This document shows positions 15,701-30,700 of a stretch of 64,000 bases of DNA, piece after piece. Source of the stretch: Eledone cirrhosa (taxonomy: Eukaryota); the NCBI GenBank assembly GCA_964016885.1, contig OZ024740.1, positions 51,584,001-51,648,000 of the forward strand, given 5' to 3'. The position numbers were made by a program, and so were the translations under genes. Under the pieces are notes generated by a model. The model made no database searches. It had not been told where the DNA came from and worked only from the letters and a program-made list of their open reading frames with translations. Each line of letters opens with the position of its first letter. Within the stretch, counting starts at the first letter, position 1.

Positions 15701-18700
15701 GTGTAACCAATGGTGTCATGTGTAACCAATGGTGTCGTGTGTAACCTATGGTATTGTGTGTAACCAATGGTGTCGTGTGTAACCAATGGTGTTGTGTGTA
15801 ATCAATGGTGTCGTGTGTAACCAATGGTGTCATGTGTAATCAATGGTGTCGTGTGTAACCAATGGTATTGTGTGTAACCAATGGTGTTGTGTGTAACCAA
15901 TGGTATTGTGTGTAACCAATGGTGTTGTGTGTAACCAATGGTGTCGTGTGTAACCAATGTTGTTGTGTGTAACCAATGATGTTGTGTGTAACCAATGATA
16001 TTGTGTGTGACCAATGGTATCATGTGTAACCAATGGTGTTGTGTGTAACCAATGGTGTCATGTGTAACCAATGGTGTTGTGTGTAACCAATGGTGTTGTG
16101 TGTAACCAATGGTGTTGTGTGTAACTAATGGTATCGTGTGTAACCAATGGTGTCGTGTGTAACCAATGGTGTTGTGTGTAACCAATGGTGTCGTGTGTAA
16201 CCAATGGTGTTGTGTGTAACCAATGGTGTCGTGTGTAATCAATGGTGTCGTGTGTAACCGATGGTATTGTGTGTAACCAATGGTGTTGTGTGTAACCAAT
16301 GGTGTCGTGTGTAACCAATGGTGTCGTGTGTAACCAATGGTATTGTGTGTAACCAATGGTGTTGTGTTTAACCAATGGTGTTGTGTGTAACCAATGGTGT
16401 TGTGTGTAACCAATGGTGTCGTGTGTGACTAATGGTGTTGTGTGTAACTAATGGTGTCATGTGTAACCAATGGTGTTGTGTGTAACCAATGGTGTTGTGC
16501 GTAACCAATGGTGTTGTGTGTAACCAATGGTGTTGTGTGTAACCAATGGTGTCGTGTGTAACTAATGGTGTCGTGTGTAACTAATGGTGTCATGTGTAAC
16601 CAATGGTATTGTGTGTAACCAATGGTGACATGTGTAACCAATGGTGTCGTGTGTAACCAATGGTGTTGTGTGTAACCAATGGTGTTGTGTGTAACCAATG
16701 GTGTCGTGTGTAACAAATGTTGTTGTGTGTGACCAATGGTATCATGTGTAACCAATGGTGTTGTGTGTAACCAATGGTGTCATGTGTAACCAATGGTGTT
16801 GTGTGTAACCAATGGTGTTGTGTGTAACTAATGGTATTGTGTGTAACCAAGGGTGTCGTGTGTAACCAATGGTGTTGTGTGTAACCAATGGTGTTGTGTG
16901 TAACCAATGGTGTCGTGTGTAACCAATGGTGTTGTGTGTAACCAAAGGTGTCGTGTGTAACCAATGGTATTGTGTGTAACCAATGGTGTTGTGTGTAACC
17001 AATGGTGTCGTGTGTAACAATTGGTGTTGTGTGTAACTAATGGTGTTGTGTGTAACCATTCATATCGTGTGTAACGAATGGTATTGTGTGTAACCAATGG
17101 TGTCGTGGGTAACCGATGGTATTGTGCGTAACGAATGGTGTTGTGTGTAACCAATGGTATTGGGTGTAACCAATGATGTCGTGTGTAACCATTGGTGTTG
17201 TGTGTAACCAATGGTGTTGTGTGTAACCATTGGTATCGTGTGTAACCAATGGTGTCATGTGTAACCAATGCTATTGTGTGTAACCAATGGTATTGTGTGT
17301 AACCAATGGTGTTGTGTGTAACCAATGGTTTAGTGTGTAACCAATGGTATTGTGTGTAATCATTTGTGTCATGTGTAACCAATGGTGTCGTGTGTAAGCA
17401 ATGGTGTCGTGTGTAACCAGTGGTCTTGTGTGTAACCAATGGTGTCATGTGTAACCAATGGTGTCATGTGTAATCAATGGTATTGTGTGTAACCAATGGT
17501 GTCATGTGTAACCAATGGTGTCGTGTGTAACCTATGGTATTGTGTGTAACCAATGGTGTCGTGTGTAACCAATGGTGTTGTGTGTAATCAATGGTGTCGT
17601 GTGTAACCAATGGTGTCATGTGTAATCAATGGTGTCGTGTGTAACCAATGGTATTGTGTGTAACCAATGGTGTTGTGTGTAACCAATGGTATTGTGTGTA
17701 ACCAATGGTGTTGTGTGTAACCAATGGTGTCGTGTGTAACTATAGTGTCATGTGTAACCAATGGTATTGTGTGTAACCAATGGTGTTGTGTGTAATCAAT
17801 GGTGTTGTGTGTAACCAATGGTGTTGTGTGTAACCAATGCTATTGTGTGTAACCAATGGTGTTGTGTGTAACCAATGCTATTGTGTGTAACCATTGGTAT
17901 TGTGTGTAACCATTGGTATTGTGTGTAACCATTGGTATTGTGTGTAACCAATGGTATTGTGTGTAACCAATGGCATTGTGTGTAACCAATGGTATTGTGT
18001 GTAACCAATGGTGTTGTGTGTAACCAATGGTATTGTGTGTAACCAATGGTGACATATGTAACCAATGGTGTCGTGTGTAACCAATGGTGTTGTGTGTAAC
18101 CAATGGTGTCGTGTGTAACCAATGGTGTCGTGTGTAACCAATGGTGTTGTGTGTAACCAATGATGTTGTGTGTAACCAATGGTATTGTGTGATACCAATG
18201 GTGTTGTGTGTAACCAATGGTGTCGTGTGTATCCAATGGTGTCGTGTGTAACCAATGGTGTTGTGTGTAATCAATGGTGTCGTGTGTAACCAATGGTGTC
18301 ATGTGTAATCAATGGTGTCGTGTGTAACCAATGGTGTTGTGTGTAACCAATGGTGTTGTGTGTAACCAATGGTGTCGTGTGTAACTATAGTGTCATGTGT
18401 AACCAATGGTATTGTGTGTAACCAATGCTGTTGTGTGTAACCAGTGGTGTTGTGTGTAACCAATGGTGTTGTGTGTAACCAATGGTATTGTGTGTAACCA
18501 TTGGTATTGTGTGTAACCATTGGTATTGTGTGTAACCATTGGTATTGTGTGTAACCATTGGTATTGTGTGTAACCATTGGTATTGTGTGTAACCATTGGT
18601 ATTGTGTGTAACCATTGGTGTCGTGTGTAACCAATGGTGTTGTGTGTAACCATTCGTATCGTGTGTAACGAATGGTATTGTGTGTAACCAATGGTGTCGT

Positions 18701-21700
18701 GGGTAACCGATGGTATTGTGCGTAACGAATGGTGTTGTGTGTAACCAATGGTATTGTGTGTAACCAATGATGTCGTGTGTAACCATTGGTGTTGTGTGTA
18801 ACCAATGGTGTTGTGTGTAACCATTGGTGTCGTGTGTAACCAATGCTATTGTGTGTAACCAATGGTATTGTGTGTAACCAATGGTGTTGTGTGTAACCAA
18901 TGGTGCCGTGTGTAACCAATGGTATTGTGTGTAACCAATGGTGTCGTGCATAACCAATGGTATTGTGTGTAACCAATGGTGTCGTGTGTAACCAATGGTG
19001 TCGTGTGTAACCAATGGTGTCGTGTGTAAGCAATGGTATTGTGTGTATCCAATGGTACTGTGTGTAACCAATGGTATTGTGTGTAACCAATGGTGTTGTG
19101 TGTAAACAATGGTGTTGTGTGTAACCAATGGTATGGTGTAACCAATGGTGTCGTGTGTAACCAATGGTGTTGTGTGTAACCAATGCTATTGTGTGTAACC
19201 ATTGGTATTGTGTGTAACCATTGGTATTGTGTGTAACCATTGGTATTGTGTGTAACCAATGGTATTGTGTGTAACCAATGGTATTGTGTGTAACCAATGG
19301 TATTGTGTGTAACCAATGGTGTTGTGTGTAACCAATGGTATTGTGTGTAACCAATGGTGACATATGTAACCAATGGTGTCGTGTGTAACCAATGGTGTTG
19401 TGTGTAACCAATGGTGTCGTGTGTAACCAATGGTGTCGTGTGTAACCAATGGTGTTGTGTGTAACCAATGATGTTGTGTGTAACCAATGGTATTGTGTGA
19501 TACCAATGGTGTTGTGTGTAACCAATGGTGTCGTGTGTATCCAATGGTGTCGTGTGTAACCAATGGTGTTGTGTGTAATCAATGGTGTCGTGTGTAACCA
19601 ATGGTGTCATGTGTAATCAATGGTGTCGTGTGTAACCAATGGTGTTGTGTGTAACCAATGGTGTTGTGTGTAACCAATGGTGTCGTGTGTAACTATAGTG
19701 TCATGTGTAACCAATGGTATTGTGTGTAACCAATGCTGTTGTGTGTAACCAGTGGTGTTGTGTGTAACCAATGGTGTTGTGTGTAACCAATGGTATTGTG
19801 TGTAACCATTGGTATTGTGTGTAACCATTGGCATTGTGTGTAACCATTGGTATTGTGTGTAACCATTGGTATTGTGTGTAACCATTGGTATTGTGTGTAA
19901 CCATTGGTATTGTGTGTAACCATTGGTATTGTGTGTAACCATTGGTGTCGTGTGTAACCAATGGTGTTGTGTGTAACCATTCGTATCGTGTGTAACGAAT
20001 GGTATTGTGTGTAACCAATGGTGTCGTGGGTAACCGATGGTATTGTGCGTAACGAATGGTGTTGTGTGTAACCAATGGTATTGTGTGTAACCAATGATGT
20101 CGTGTGTAACCATTGGTGTTGTGTGTAACCAATGGTGTTGTGTGTAACCATTGGTGTCGTGTGTAACCAATGCTATTGTGTGTAACCAATGGTATTGTGT
20201 GTAACCAATGGTGTTGTGTGTAACCAATGGTGCCGTGTGTAACCAATGGTATTGTGTGTAACCAATGGTGTCGTGCATAACCAATGGTACTGTGTGTAAC
20301 CAATGGTGTCGTGTGTAACCAATGGTGTCGTGTGTAACCAATGGTGTCGTGTGTAAGCAATGGTATTGTGTGTATCCAATGGTATTGTGTGTAACCAATG
20401 GTATTGTGTGTAACCAATGGTGTTGTGTGTAAACAATGGTGTTGTGTGTAACCAATGGTATGGTGTAACCAATGGTGTCGTGTGTAACCAATGGTATTGT
20501 GTGTAACCAATGGTAGTGTGTGTAACCAATGGCATTGTGTGTAACCAATGGTATTGTGCGTAACCAATGGTATTGTGTGTAACCAATGGTATTGTGTGTA
20601 ACCAATGGTATTGCGTATAACCAATGGTGTCGTGTGTAACCAATGGTGTTGTGTGTAACCAATGGTGTTGTATGTAACCAATGGTGTTGTGTGTAACCAT
20701 TGGTATTGTGTGTAACCAATGGTATTGTGTGTAACCAATGGTGTTGTGTGTAACCAATGGTATTGTGTGTAACCAATGGTGTTGTGTGTAACCAATGGTG
20801 TTGTGTGTAACCAATGGTATTGTGTGTAACCAATGGTGTTTGTGTAACAGATGGTGTTGCGTGTAACCAATGGTGACATGTGTAACCAATGGTGTCGTGT
20901 GTAACCAATGGTGTTGTGTGTAACCAATGGTGTCGTGTGTAACCAATGGTGTCGTGTGTAACCAATGGTGTCGTGTGTAACCAATGTTGTTGTGTGTAAC
21001 CAATGATGTTGTGTGTAACCAATGATATTGTGTGTGACCAATGGTATCATGTGTAACCAATGGTGTCGTGTGTAACCAATGGTGTTGTGTGTAACCAATG
21101 GTGTCGTGTGTAACCAATGGTGTCGTGTGTAACCAATGGTGTCGTGTGTAACCAATGGTGTCGTGTGTAACCAATGATGTTGTGTGTAACCAATGATATT
21201 GTGTGTGACCAATGGTATCATGTGTAACCAATGGTGTTGTGTGTAACCAATGGTGTCATGTGTAACCAATGGTGTCGTGTGTAACCAATGGTGTTGTGTG
21301 TAACCAATGGTGTTGTGTGTAACTAATGGTATTGTGTGTAACCAATGGTGTCGTGTGTAACCAATGGTGTTGTGTGCAACCAATGGTGTCGTGTGTAACC
21401 AATGGTGTTGTGTGTAACCAATGGTGTCGTGTGTAACCAATGGTATTGTGTGTAACCAATGGTGTTGTGTGTAACCAATGGTGTCATGTGTAATCAATGG
21501 TGTCGTGTGTAACCAATGGTATTGTGTGTAAACAATGTTGTCATGTGTAACCAATGGTGTCGTGTGTAACGAATGGTATTGTGTGTAACCAATGGTGTTG
21601 TGTGTAACCAATGGTGTTGTGTGTAACCAATGCTGTTGTGTGTAACCAATAGTGTCGTGTGTAACTAATGGCGTTGTGTGTAACTAATGGTGTCATGTGT

Positions 21701-24700
21701 AACCAATGGTATTGTGTGTAACCAATGGTGTCGTGTGTAACCAATGGTGTCGTGTGTAACCAATGGTATTGTGTGTAACCAATGGTGTTGTGTGTAACCA
21801 ATGGTATTGCGTGTAACCAATGGTGTCGTGTGTAACTAATGGCGTCGTGTGTAACTAATGGTGTCATGTGTAACCAATGGTATTGTGTGTAACCAATGGT
21901 GTCCTGTGTAACCAATGGTGTTGTGTGTAACCAATGGCGTCGTGTGTAACCAATGGTATTGTGTGTAACCAATGGTGTCGTGTGTAACCATTGGTGTTGT
22001 GTGTAACTAATGGTGTTGTGTGTAACCATTCGTATCGTGTGTAACGAATGGTATTGTGTGTAACCAATGGTATCGTGGGTAACCGATGGTATTGTGCGTA
22101 ACGAAAGGTGTTGTGTGTAACCAATGGTATTGTGTGTAACCAATGATGTCGTGTGTAACCAATGGTGTTGTGTGTAACCATTGGTATCGTGTGTAACCAA
22201 TGGTGTCGTGTGTAACCAATGCTATTGTGTGTAACCAATGGTGTCGTGTGTAACCAATGGTAGTGTGTGTAACCAATGGTAGTGTGTATAACCAATGGTA
22301 TTGTGTTAACCAATGGTATTGTGTATAACCAGTGGTATTGCGTATAACCAATGGTGTCGTGTGTAACCAATGGTGTCGTGTGTAACCAATGTTGTCGTAT
22401 GTAACCAATGGTGTTGTGTGTAACCATTGGTATTGTGTGTAACCAATGGTATTGTGTGTAACCAATGGTGTTGTGTGTAACCAATGGTATTGTGTGTAAC
22501 CAATGGTGTCTTGTGTAACCAATGGTGTTGTGTGTAACCAATGGTGTTGTGTATAACCAATGGTATTGTGTGTAACCAATGGTGTTGTGTGTAACCATTG
22601 GTATTGTGTGTAACCAATGGTATTGTGTGTAACCAATGGTATTGTGTGTAACCAATGCTGTTGTGTATAACCAATGGCATTGTGTGTAACCATTGGTATT
22701 GTGTGTAACCAATGGTATTGCGTGTAACCAATGGTATTGTGTGTAACCGGTGGTATTGTGTTTAACCAATGGTGTTGTGTGTAACCAATGGTGTTGTGTG
22801 TAACCAATGGTGTTGTGTGTAACCAATGGTGTTGTGTGTAACCAATGGTGTCGTGTGTAACCAATGGTGTCGTGTGTAACCAATGTTGTTGTGTGTAACC
22901 AATGATGTTGTGTGTAACCAATGATATTGTGTGTGACCAATGGTATCATGTGTAACCAATGGTGTTGTGTGTAACCAATGGTGTCATGTGTAACCAATGG
23001 TGTTGTGTGTAACCAATGGTGTTGTGTGTAACTAATGGTATCGTGTGTAACCAATGGTGTCGTGTGTAACCAATGGTGTTGTGTGTAACCAATGGTGTCG
23101 TGTGTAACCAATGGTGTTGTGTGTAACCAATGGTGTCGTGTGTAATCAATGGTGTCGTGTGTAACCGATGGTATTGTGTGTAAACAATGGTTTCATGTGT
23201 AACCAATGGTGTCGTGTGTAACCAATGGTATTGTGTGTAACCAATGGTGTTGTGTTTAACCAATGGTGTTGTGTGTAACCAACGGTGTTGTGTGTAACCA
23301 ATGGTGTCGTGTGTGACTAATGGTGTTTTGTGTAACTAATGGTGTCATGTGTAACCAATGGTGTTGTGTGTAACCAATGGTGTTGTGCGTAACCAATGGT
23401 GTTGTGTGTAACAAATGGTGTTGTGTGTAACCAATGGTGTCGTGTGTAACTAATGGTGTCGTGTGTAACTAATGGTGTCATGTGTAACCAATGGTATTGT
23501 GTGTAACCAATGGTGACATGTGTAACCAATGGTGTCGTGTGTAACCAATGGTGTTGTGTGTAACCAATGGTGTTGTGTGTAACCAATGGTGTCGTGTGTA
23601 ACAAATGTTGTTGTGTGTGACCAATGGTATCATGTGTAACCAATGGTGTTGTGTGTAACCAATGGTGTCATGTGTAACCAATGGTGTTGTGTGTAACCAA
23701 TGGTGTTGTGTGTAACTAATGGTATTGTGTGTAACCAAGGGTGTCGTGTGTAACCAATGGTGTTGTGTGTAACCAATGGTGTTGTGTGTAACCAATGGTG
23801 TCGTGTGTAACCAATGGTGTTGTGTGTAACCAAAGGTGTCGTGTGTAACCAATGGTATTGTGTGTAACCAATGGTGTTGTGTGTAACCAATGGTGTCGTG
23901 TGTAACAATTGGTGTTGTGTGTAACTAATGGTGTTGTGTGTAACCATTCATATCGTGTGTAACGAATGGTATTGTGTGTAACCAATGGTGTCGTGGGTAA
24001 CCGATGGTATTGTGTGTAAACAATGGTTTCATGTGTAACCAATGGTGTCGTGTGTAACCAATGGTATTGTGTGTAACCAATGGTGTTGTGTTTAACCAAT
24101 GGTGTTGTGTGTAACCAACGGTGTTGTGTGTAACCAATGGTGTCGTGTGTGACTAATGGTGTTGTGTGTAACTAATGGTGTCATGTGTAACCAATGGTGT
24201 TGTGTGTAACCAATGGTGTTGTGCGTAACCAATGGTGTTGTGTGTAACCAATGGTGTTGTGTGTAACCAATGGTGTCGTGTGTAACTAATGGTGTCGTGT
24301 GTAACTAATGGTGTCATGTGTAACCAATGGTATTGTGTGTAACCAATGGTGACATGTGTAACCAATGGTGTCGTGTGTAACCAATGGTGTTGTGTGTAAC
24401 CAATGGTGTTGTGTGTAACCAATGGTGTCGTGTGTAACAAATGTTGTGTGTGACCAATGGTATCATGTGTAACCAATGGTGTTGTGTGTAACCAATGGTG
24501 TCATGTGTAACCAATGGTGTTGTGTGTAACCAATGGTGTTGTGTGTAACTAATGGTATTGTGTGTAACCAAGGGTGTCGTGTGTAACCAATGGTGTTGTG
24601 TGTAACCATTGGTGTTGTGTGTAACCAATGGTGTTGTGTGTAACCATTGGTATCGTGTGTAACCAATGGTGTCATGTGTAACCAATGCTATTGTGTGTAA

Positions 24701-27700
24701 CCAATGGTATTGTGTGTAACCAATGGTGTTGTGTGTAACCAATGGTGTCGTGTGTAACCAATGGTATTGTGTGTAATCATTTGTGTCATGTGTAACCAAT
24801 GGTGTCGTGTGTAAGCAATGGTGTCGTGTGTAACCAATGGTCTTGTGTGTAACCAATGGTGTCATGTGTAACCAATGGTGTCATGTGTAATCAATGGTAT
24901 TGTGTGTAACCAATGGTGTCATGTGTAACCAATGGTGTCGTGTGTAACCTATGGTATTGTGTGTAACCAATGGTGTCGTGTGTAACCAATGGTGTTGTGT
25001 GTAATCAATGGTGTCGTGTGTAACCAATGGTGTCATGTGTAATCAATGGTGTCGTGTGTAACCAATGGTATTGTGTGTAACCAATGGTGTTGTGTGTAAC
25101 CAATGGTATTGTGTGTAACCAATGGTGTTGTGTGTAACCAATGGTGTCGTGTGTAACTATAGTGTCATGTGTAACCAATGGTATTGTGTGTAACCAATGG
25201 TGTTGTGTGTAATCAATGGTGTTGTGTGTAACCAATGGTGTTGTGTGTAACCAATGCTATTGTGTGTAACCAATGGTGTTGTGTGTAACCAATGCTATTG
25301 TGTGTAACCATTGGTATTGTGTGTAACCATTGGTATTGTGTGTAACCATTGGTATTGTGTGTAACCAATGGTATTGTGTGTAACCAATGGTATTGTGTGT
25401 AACCAATGGTATTGTGCGTAACCAATGGTGTTGTGTGTAACCAATGGTATTGTGTGTAACCAATGGTGACATATGTAACCAATGGTGTCGTGTGTAACCA
25501 ATGGTGTTGTGTGTAACCAATGGTGTCGTGTGTAACCAATGGTGTCGTGTGTAACCAATGGTGTTGTGTGTAACCAATGATGTTGTGTGTAACCAATGGT
25601 ATTGTGTGATACCAATGGTGTTGTGTGTAACCAATGGTGTCGTGTGTATCCAATGGTGTCGTGTGTAACCAATGGTGTTGTGTGTAATCAATGGTGTCGT
25701 GTGTAACCAATGGTGTCATGTGTAATCAATGGTGTCGTGTGTAACCAATGGTGTTGTGTGTAACCAATGGTGTTGTGTGTAACCAATGGTGTCGTGTGTA
25801 ACTATAGTGTCATGTGTAACCAATGGTATTGTGTGTAACCAATGCTGTTGTGTGTAACCAGTGGTGTTGTGTGTAACCAATGGTGTTGTGTGCAACCAAT
25901 GGTATTGTGTGTAACCATTGGTATTGTGTGTAACCATTGGTATTGTGTGTAACCATTGGTATTGTGTGTAACCATTGGTATTGTGTGTAACCATTGGTAT
26001 TGTGTGTAACCATTGGTATTGTGTGTAACCATTGGTGTCGTGTGTAACCAATGGTGTTGTGTGTAACCATTCGTATCGTGTGTAACGAATGGTATTGTGT
26101 GTAACCAATGGTGTCGTGGGTAACCGATGGTATTGTGCGTAACGAATGGTGTTGTGTGTAACCAATGGTATTGTGTGTAACCAATGATGTCGTGTGTAAC
26201 CATTGGTGTTGTGTGTAACCAATGGTGTTGTGTGTAACCATTGGTGTCGTGTGTAGCCAATGCTATTGTGTGTAACCAATGGTATTGTGTGTAACCAATA
26301 GTGTTGTGTGTAACCAATGGTGCCGTGTGTAACCAATGGTATTGTGTGTAACCAATGGTGTCGTGCATAACCAATGGTATTGTGTGTAACCAATGGTGTC
26401 GTGTGTAACCAATGGTGTCGTGTGTAACCAATGGTGTCGTGTGTAAGCAATGGTATTGTGTGTATCCAATGGTACTGTGTGTAACCAATGGTATTGTGTG
26501 TAACCAATGGTGTTGTGTGTAAACAATGGTGTTGTGTGTAACCAATGGTATGGTGTAACCAATGGTGTCGTGTGTAACCAATGGTATTGTGTGTAACCAA
26601 TGGTAGTGTGTGTAACCAATGGCATTGTGTGTAACCAATGGTATTGTGCGTAACCAATGGTATTGTGTGTAACCAATGGTATTGTGTGTAACCAATGGTA
26701 TTGCGTATAACCAATGGTGTCGTGTGTAACCAATGGTGTTGTGTGTAACCAATGGTGTTGTATGTAACCAATGGTGTTGTGTGTAACCGTTGGTATTGTG
26801 TGTAACCAATGGTATTGTGTGTAACCAATGGTGTTGTGTGTAACCAATGGTATTGTGTGTAACCAATGGTGTTGTGTGTAACCAATGGTGTTGTGTGTAA
26901 CCAATGGTATTGTGTGTAACCAATGGTGTTTGTGTAACAGATGGTGTTGCGTGTAACCAATGGTGACATGTGTAACCAATGGTGTCGTGTGTAACCAATG
27001 GTGTTGTGTGTAACCAATGGTGTCGTGTGTAACCAATGGTGTCGTGTGTAACCAATGGTGTCGTGTGTAACCAATGTTGTTGTGTGGAACCAATGATGTT
27101 GTGTGTAACCAATGATATTGTGTGTGACCAATGGTATCATGTGTAACCAATGGTGTCGTGTGTAACCAATGGTGTTGTGTGTAACCAATGGTGTCGTGTG
27201 TAACCAATGGTGTCGTGTGTAACCAATGGTGTCGTGTGTAACCAATGGTGTCATGTGTAACCAATGGTGTCGTGTGTAACCAATGGTGTTGTGTGTAACC
27301 AATGGTGTTGTGTGTAACTAATGGTATTGTGTGTAACCAATGGTGTCGTGTGTAACCAATGGTGTTGTGTGCAACCAATGGTGTCGTGTGTAACCAATGG
27401 TGTTGTGTGTAACCAATGGTGTCGTGTGTAACCAATGGTATTGTGTGTAACCAATGGTGTTGTGTGTAACCAATGGTGTCATGTGTAATCAATGGTGTCG
27501 TGTGTAACCAATGGTATAGTGTGTAAACAATGTTGTCATGTGTAACCAATGGTGTCGTGTGTAACGAATGGTATTGTGTGTAACCAATGGTGTTGTGTGT
27601 AACCAATGGTGTTGTGTGTAACCAATGCTGTTGTGTGTAACCAATAGTGTCGTGTGTAACTAATGGCGTTGTGTGTAACTAATGGTGTCATGTGTAACCA

Positions 27701-30700
27701 ATGGTATTGTGTGTAACCAATGGTGTCGTGTGTAACCAATGGTGTCGTGTGTAACCAATGGTATTGTGTGTAACCAATGGTGTTGTGTGTAACCAATGGT
27801 ATTGCGTGTAACCAATGGTGTCGTGTGTAACTAATGGCGTCGTGTGTAACTAATGGTGTCATGTGTAACCAATGGTATTGTGTGTAACCAATGGTGTCCT
27901 GTGTAACCAATGGTGTTGTGTGTAACCAATGGCGTCGTGTGTAACCAATGGTATTGTGTGTAACCAATGGTGTCGTGTGTAACCATTGGTGTTGTGTGTA
28001 ACTAATGGTGTTGTGTGTAACCATTCGTATCGTGTGTAACGAATGGTATTGTGTGTAACCAATGGTATCGTGGGTAACCGATGGTATTGTGCGTAACGAA
28101 AGGTGTTGTGTGTAACCAATGGTATTGTGTGTAACCAATGATGTCGTGTGTAACCATTGGTGTTGTGTGTAACCAATGGTGTTGTGTGTAACCATTGGTA
28201 TCGTGTGTAACCAATGGTGTCGTGTGTAACCAATGCTATTGTGTGTAACCAATGGTGTCGTGTGTAACCAATGGTATTGCGTGTAACCAATGGTATTGTG
28301 TGTAACCAATGGTATTGTGTGTAACCATTGGTGTTGTGTGTAACCAATGGTATTGTGTTTAACCAATGGTGTCGTGTGTAACCAATGGTGTCGTGTGTAT
28401 CCAATGGTACTGTGTGTATCCAATGGTACTGTGTGTAACCAATGGTGTTGTGCGTAACCAATGGTGTTGTGTGTAACCAATGGTGTCGTGTGTATCCAAT
28501 GGTACTGTGTGTATCCAATGGTACTGTGTGTAACCAATGGTGTTGTGCGTAACCAATGGTGTTGTGTGTAACCAATGGTGTTGTGTGTAACCAATGGTAT
28601 GGTGTAACCAATGGTGTCGTGTGTAACCAATGGTAGTGTGTGTAACCAATGGTAGTGTGTGTAACCGATGGCATTGTGTGTAACCAATGGTGTTGTGTGT
28701 AACCAATGGTAGTGTGTGTAACCAATGGTAGTGTGTGTAACCAATGGTATTGTGTTAACCAATGGTATTGTGTATAACCAGTGGTATTGCGTATAACCAA
28801 TGGTGTCGTGTGTAACCAATGGTGTCGTGTGTAACCAATGTTGTCGTATGTAACCAATGGTGTTGTGTGTAACCATTGGTATTGTGTGTAACCAATGGTA
28901 TTGTGTGTAACCAATGGTGTTGTGTGTAACCAATGGTATTGTGTGTAACCAATGGTGTCTTGTGTAACCAATGGTGTCGTGTGTAACTAATGGTGTTGTG
29001 TATAACCAATGGTATTGTGTGTAACCAATGGTGTTGTGTGTAACCATTGGTATTGTGTGTAACCAATGGTATTGTGTGTAACCAATGGTGTTGTGTGTAA
29101 CCAATGGTATTGTGTGTAACCAATGGTGTCTTGTGTAACCAATGGTGTCGTGTGTAACCAATGGTGTTGTGTATAACCAATGGTATTGTGTGTAACCAAT
29201 GGTGTTGTGTGTAACCATTGGTATTGTGTGTAACCAATGGTATTGTGTGTAACCAATGCTGTTGTGTATAACCAATGGCATTGTGTGTAACCATTGGTAT
29301 TGTGTGTAACCAATGGTATTGCGTGTAACCAATGGTATTGTGTGTAACCGGTGGTATTGTGTTTAACCAATGGTGTTGTGTGTAACCAATGGTGTTGTGT
29401 GTAACCAATGGTGTTGTGTGTAACCAATGGTGTCGTGTGTAACCAATGGTGTCGTGTGTAACCAATGTTGTTGTGTGTAACCAATGATGTTGTGTGTAAC
29501 CAATGATATTGTGTGTGACCAATGGTATCATGTGTAACCAATGGTGTTGTGTGTAACCAATGGTGTCATGTGTAACCAATGGTGTTGTGTGTAACCAATG
29601 GTGTTGTGTGTAACCAATGGTGTTGTGTGTAACTAATGGTATCGTGTGTAACCAATGGTGTCGTGTGTAACCAATGGTGTTGTGTGTAACCAATGGTGTC
29701 GTGTGTAACCAATGGTGTTGTGTGTAACCAATGGTGTCGTGTGTAATCAATGGTGTCGTGTGTAACCGATGGTATTGTGTGTAAACAATGGTTTCATGTG
29801 TAACCAATGGTGTCGTGTGTAACCAATGGTATTGTGTGTAACCAATGGTGTTGTGTTTAACCAATGGTGTTGTGTGTAATCAACGGTGTTGTGTGTAACC
29901 AATGGTGTCGTGTGTAACTAATGGTGTTGTGTGTAACTAATGGTGTCATGTGTAACCAATGGTGTTGTGTGTAACCAATGGTGTTGTGCGTAACCAATGG
30001 TGTTGTGTGTAACCAATGGTGTTGTGTGTAACCAATGGTGTCGTGTGTAACTAATGGTGTCGTGTGTAACTAATGGTGTCATGTGTAACCAATGGTATTG
30101 TGTGTAACCAATGGTGACATGTGTAACCAATGGTGTCGTGTGTAACCAATGGTGTTGTGTGTAACCAATGGTGTTGTGTGTAACCAATGGTGTCGTGTGT
30201 AACAAATGTTGTTGTGTGTGACCAATGGTATCATGTGTAACCAATGGTGTTGTGTGTAACCAATGGTGTCATGTGTAACCAATGGTGTTGTGTGTAACCA
30301 ATGGTGTTGTGTGTAACTAATGGTATTGTGTGTAACCAAGGGTGTCGTGTGTAACCAATGGTGTTGTGTGTAACCAATGGTGTTGTGTGTAACCAATGGT
30401 GTCGTGTGTAACCAATGGTGTTGTGTGTAACCAAAGGTGTCGTGTGTAACCAATGGTATTGTGTGTAACCAATGGTGTTGTGTGTAACCAATGGTGTCGT
30501 GTGTAACAATTGGTGTTGTGTGTAACTAATGGTGTTGTGTGTAACCATTCATATCGTGTGTAACGAATGGTATTGTGTGTAACCAATGGTGTCGTGGGTA
30601 ACCGATGGTATTGTGCGTAACGAATGGTGTTGTGTGTAACCAATGGTATTGGGTGTAACCAATGATGTCGTGTGTAACCATTGGTGTTGTGTGTAACCAA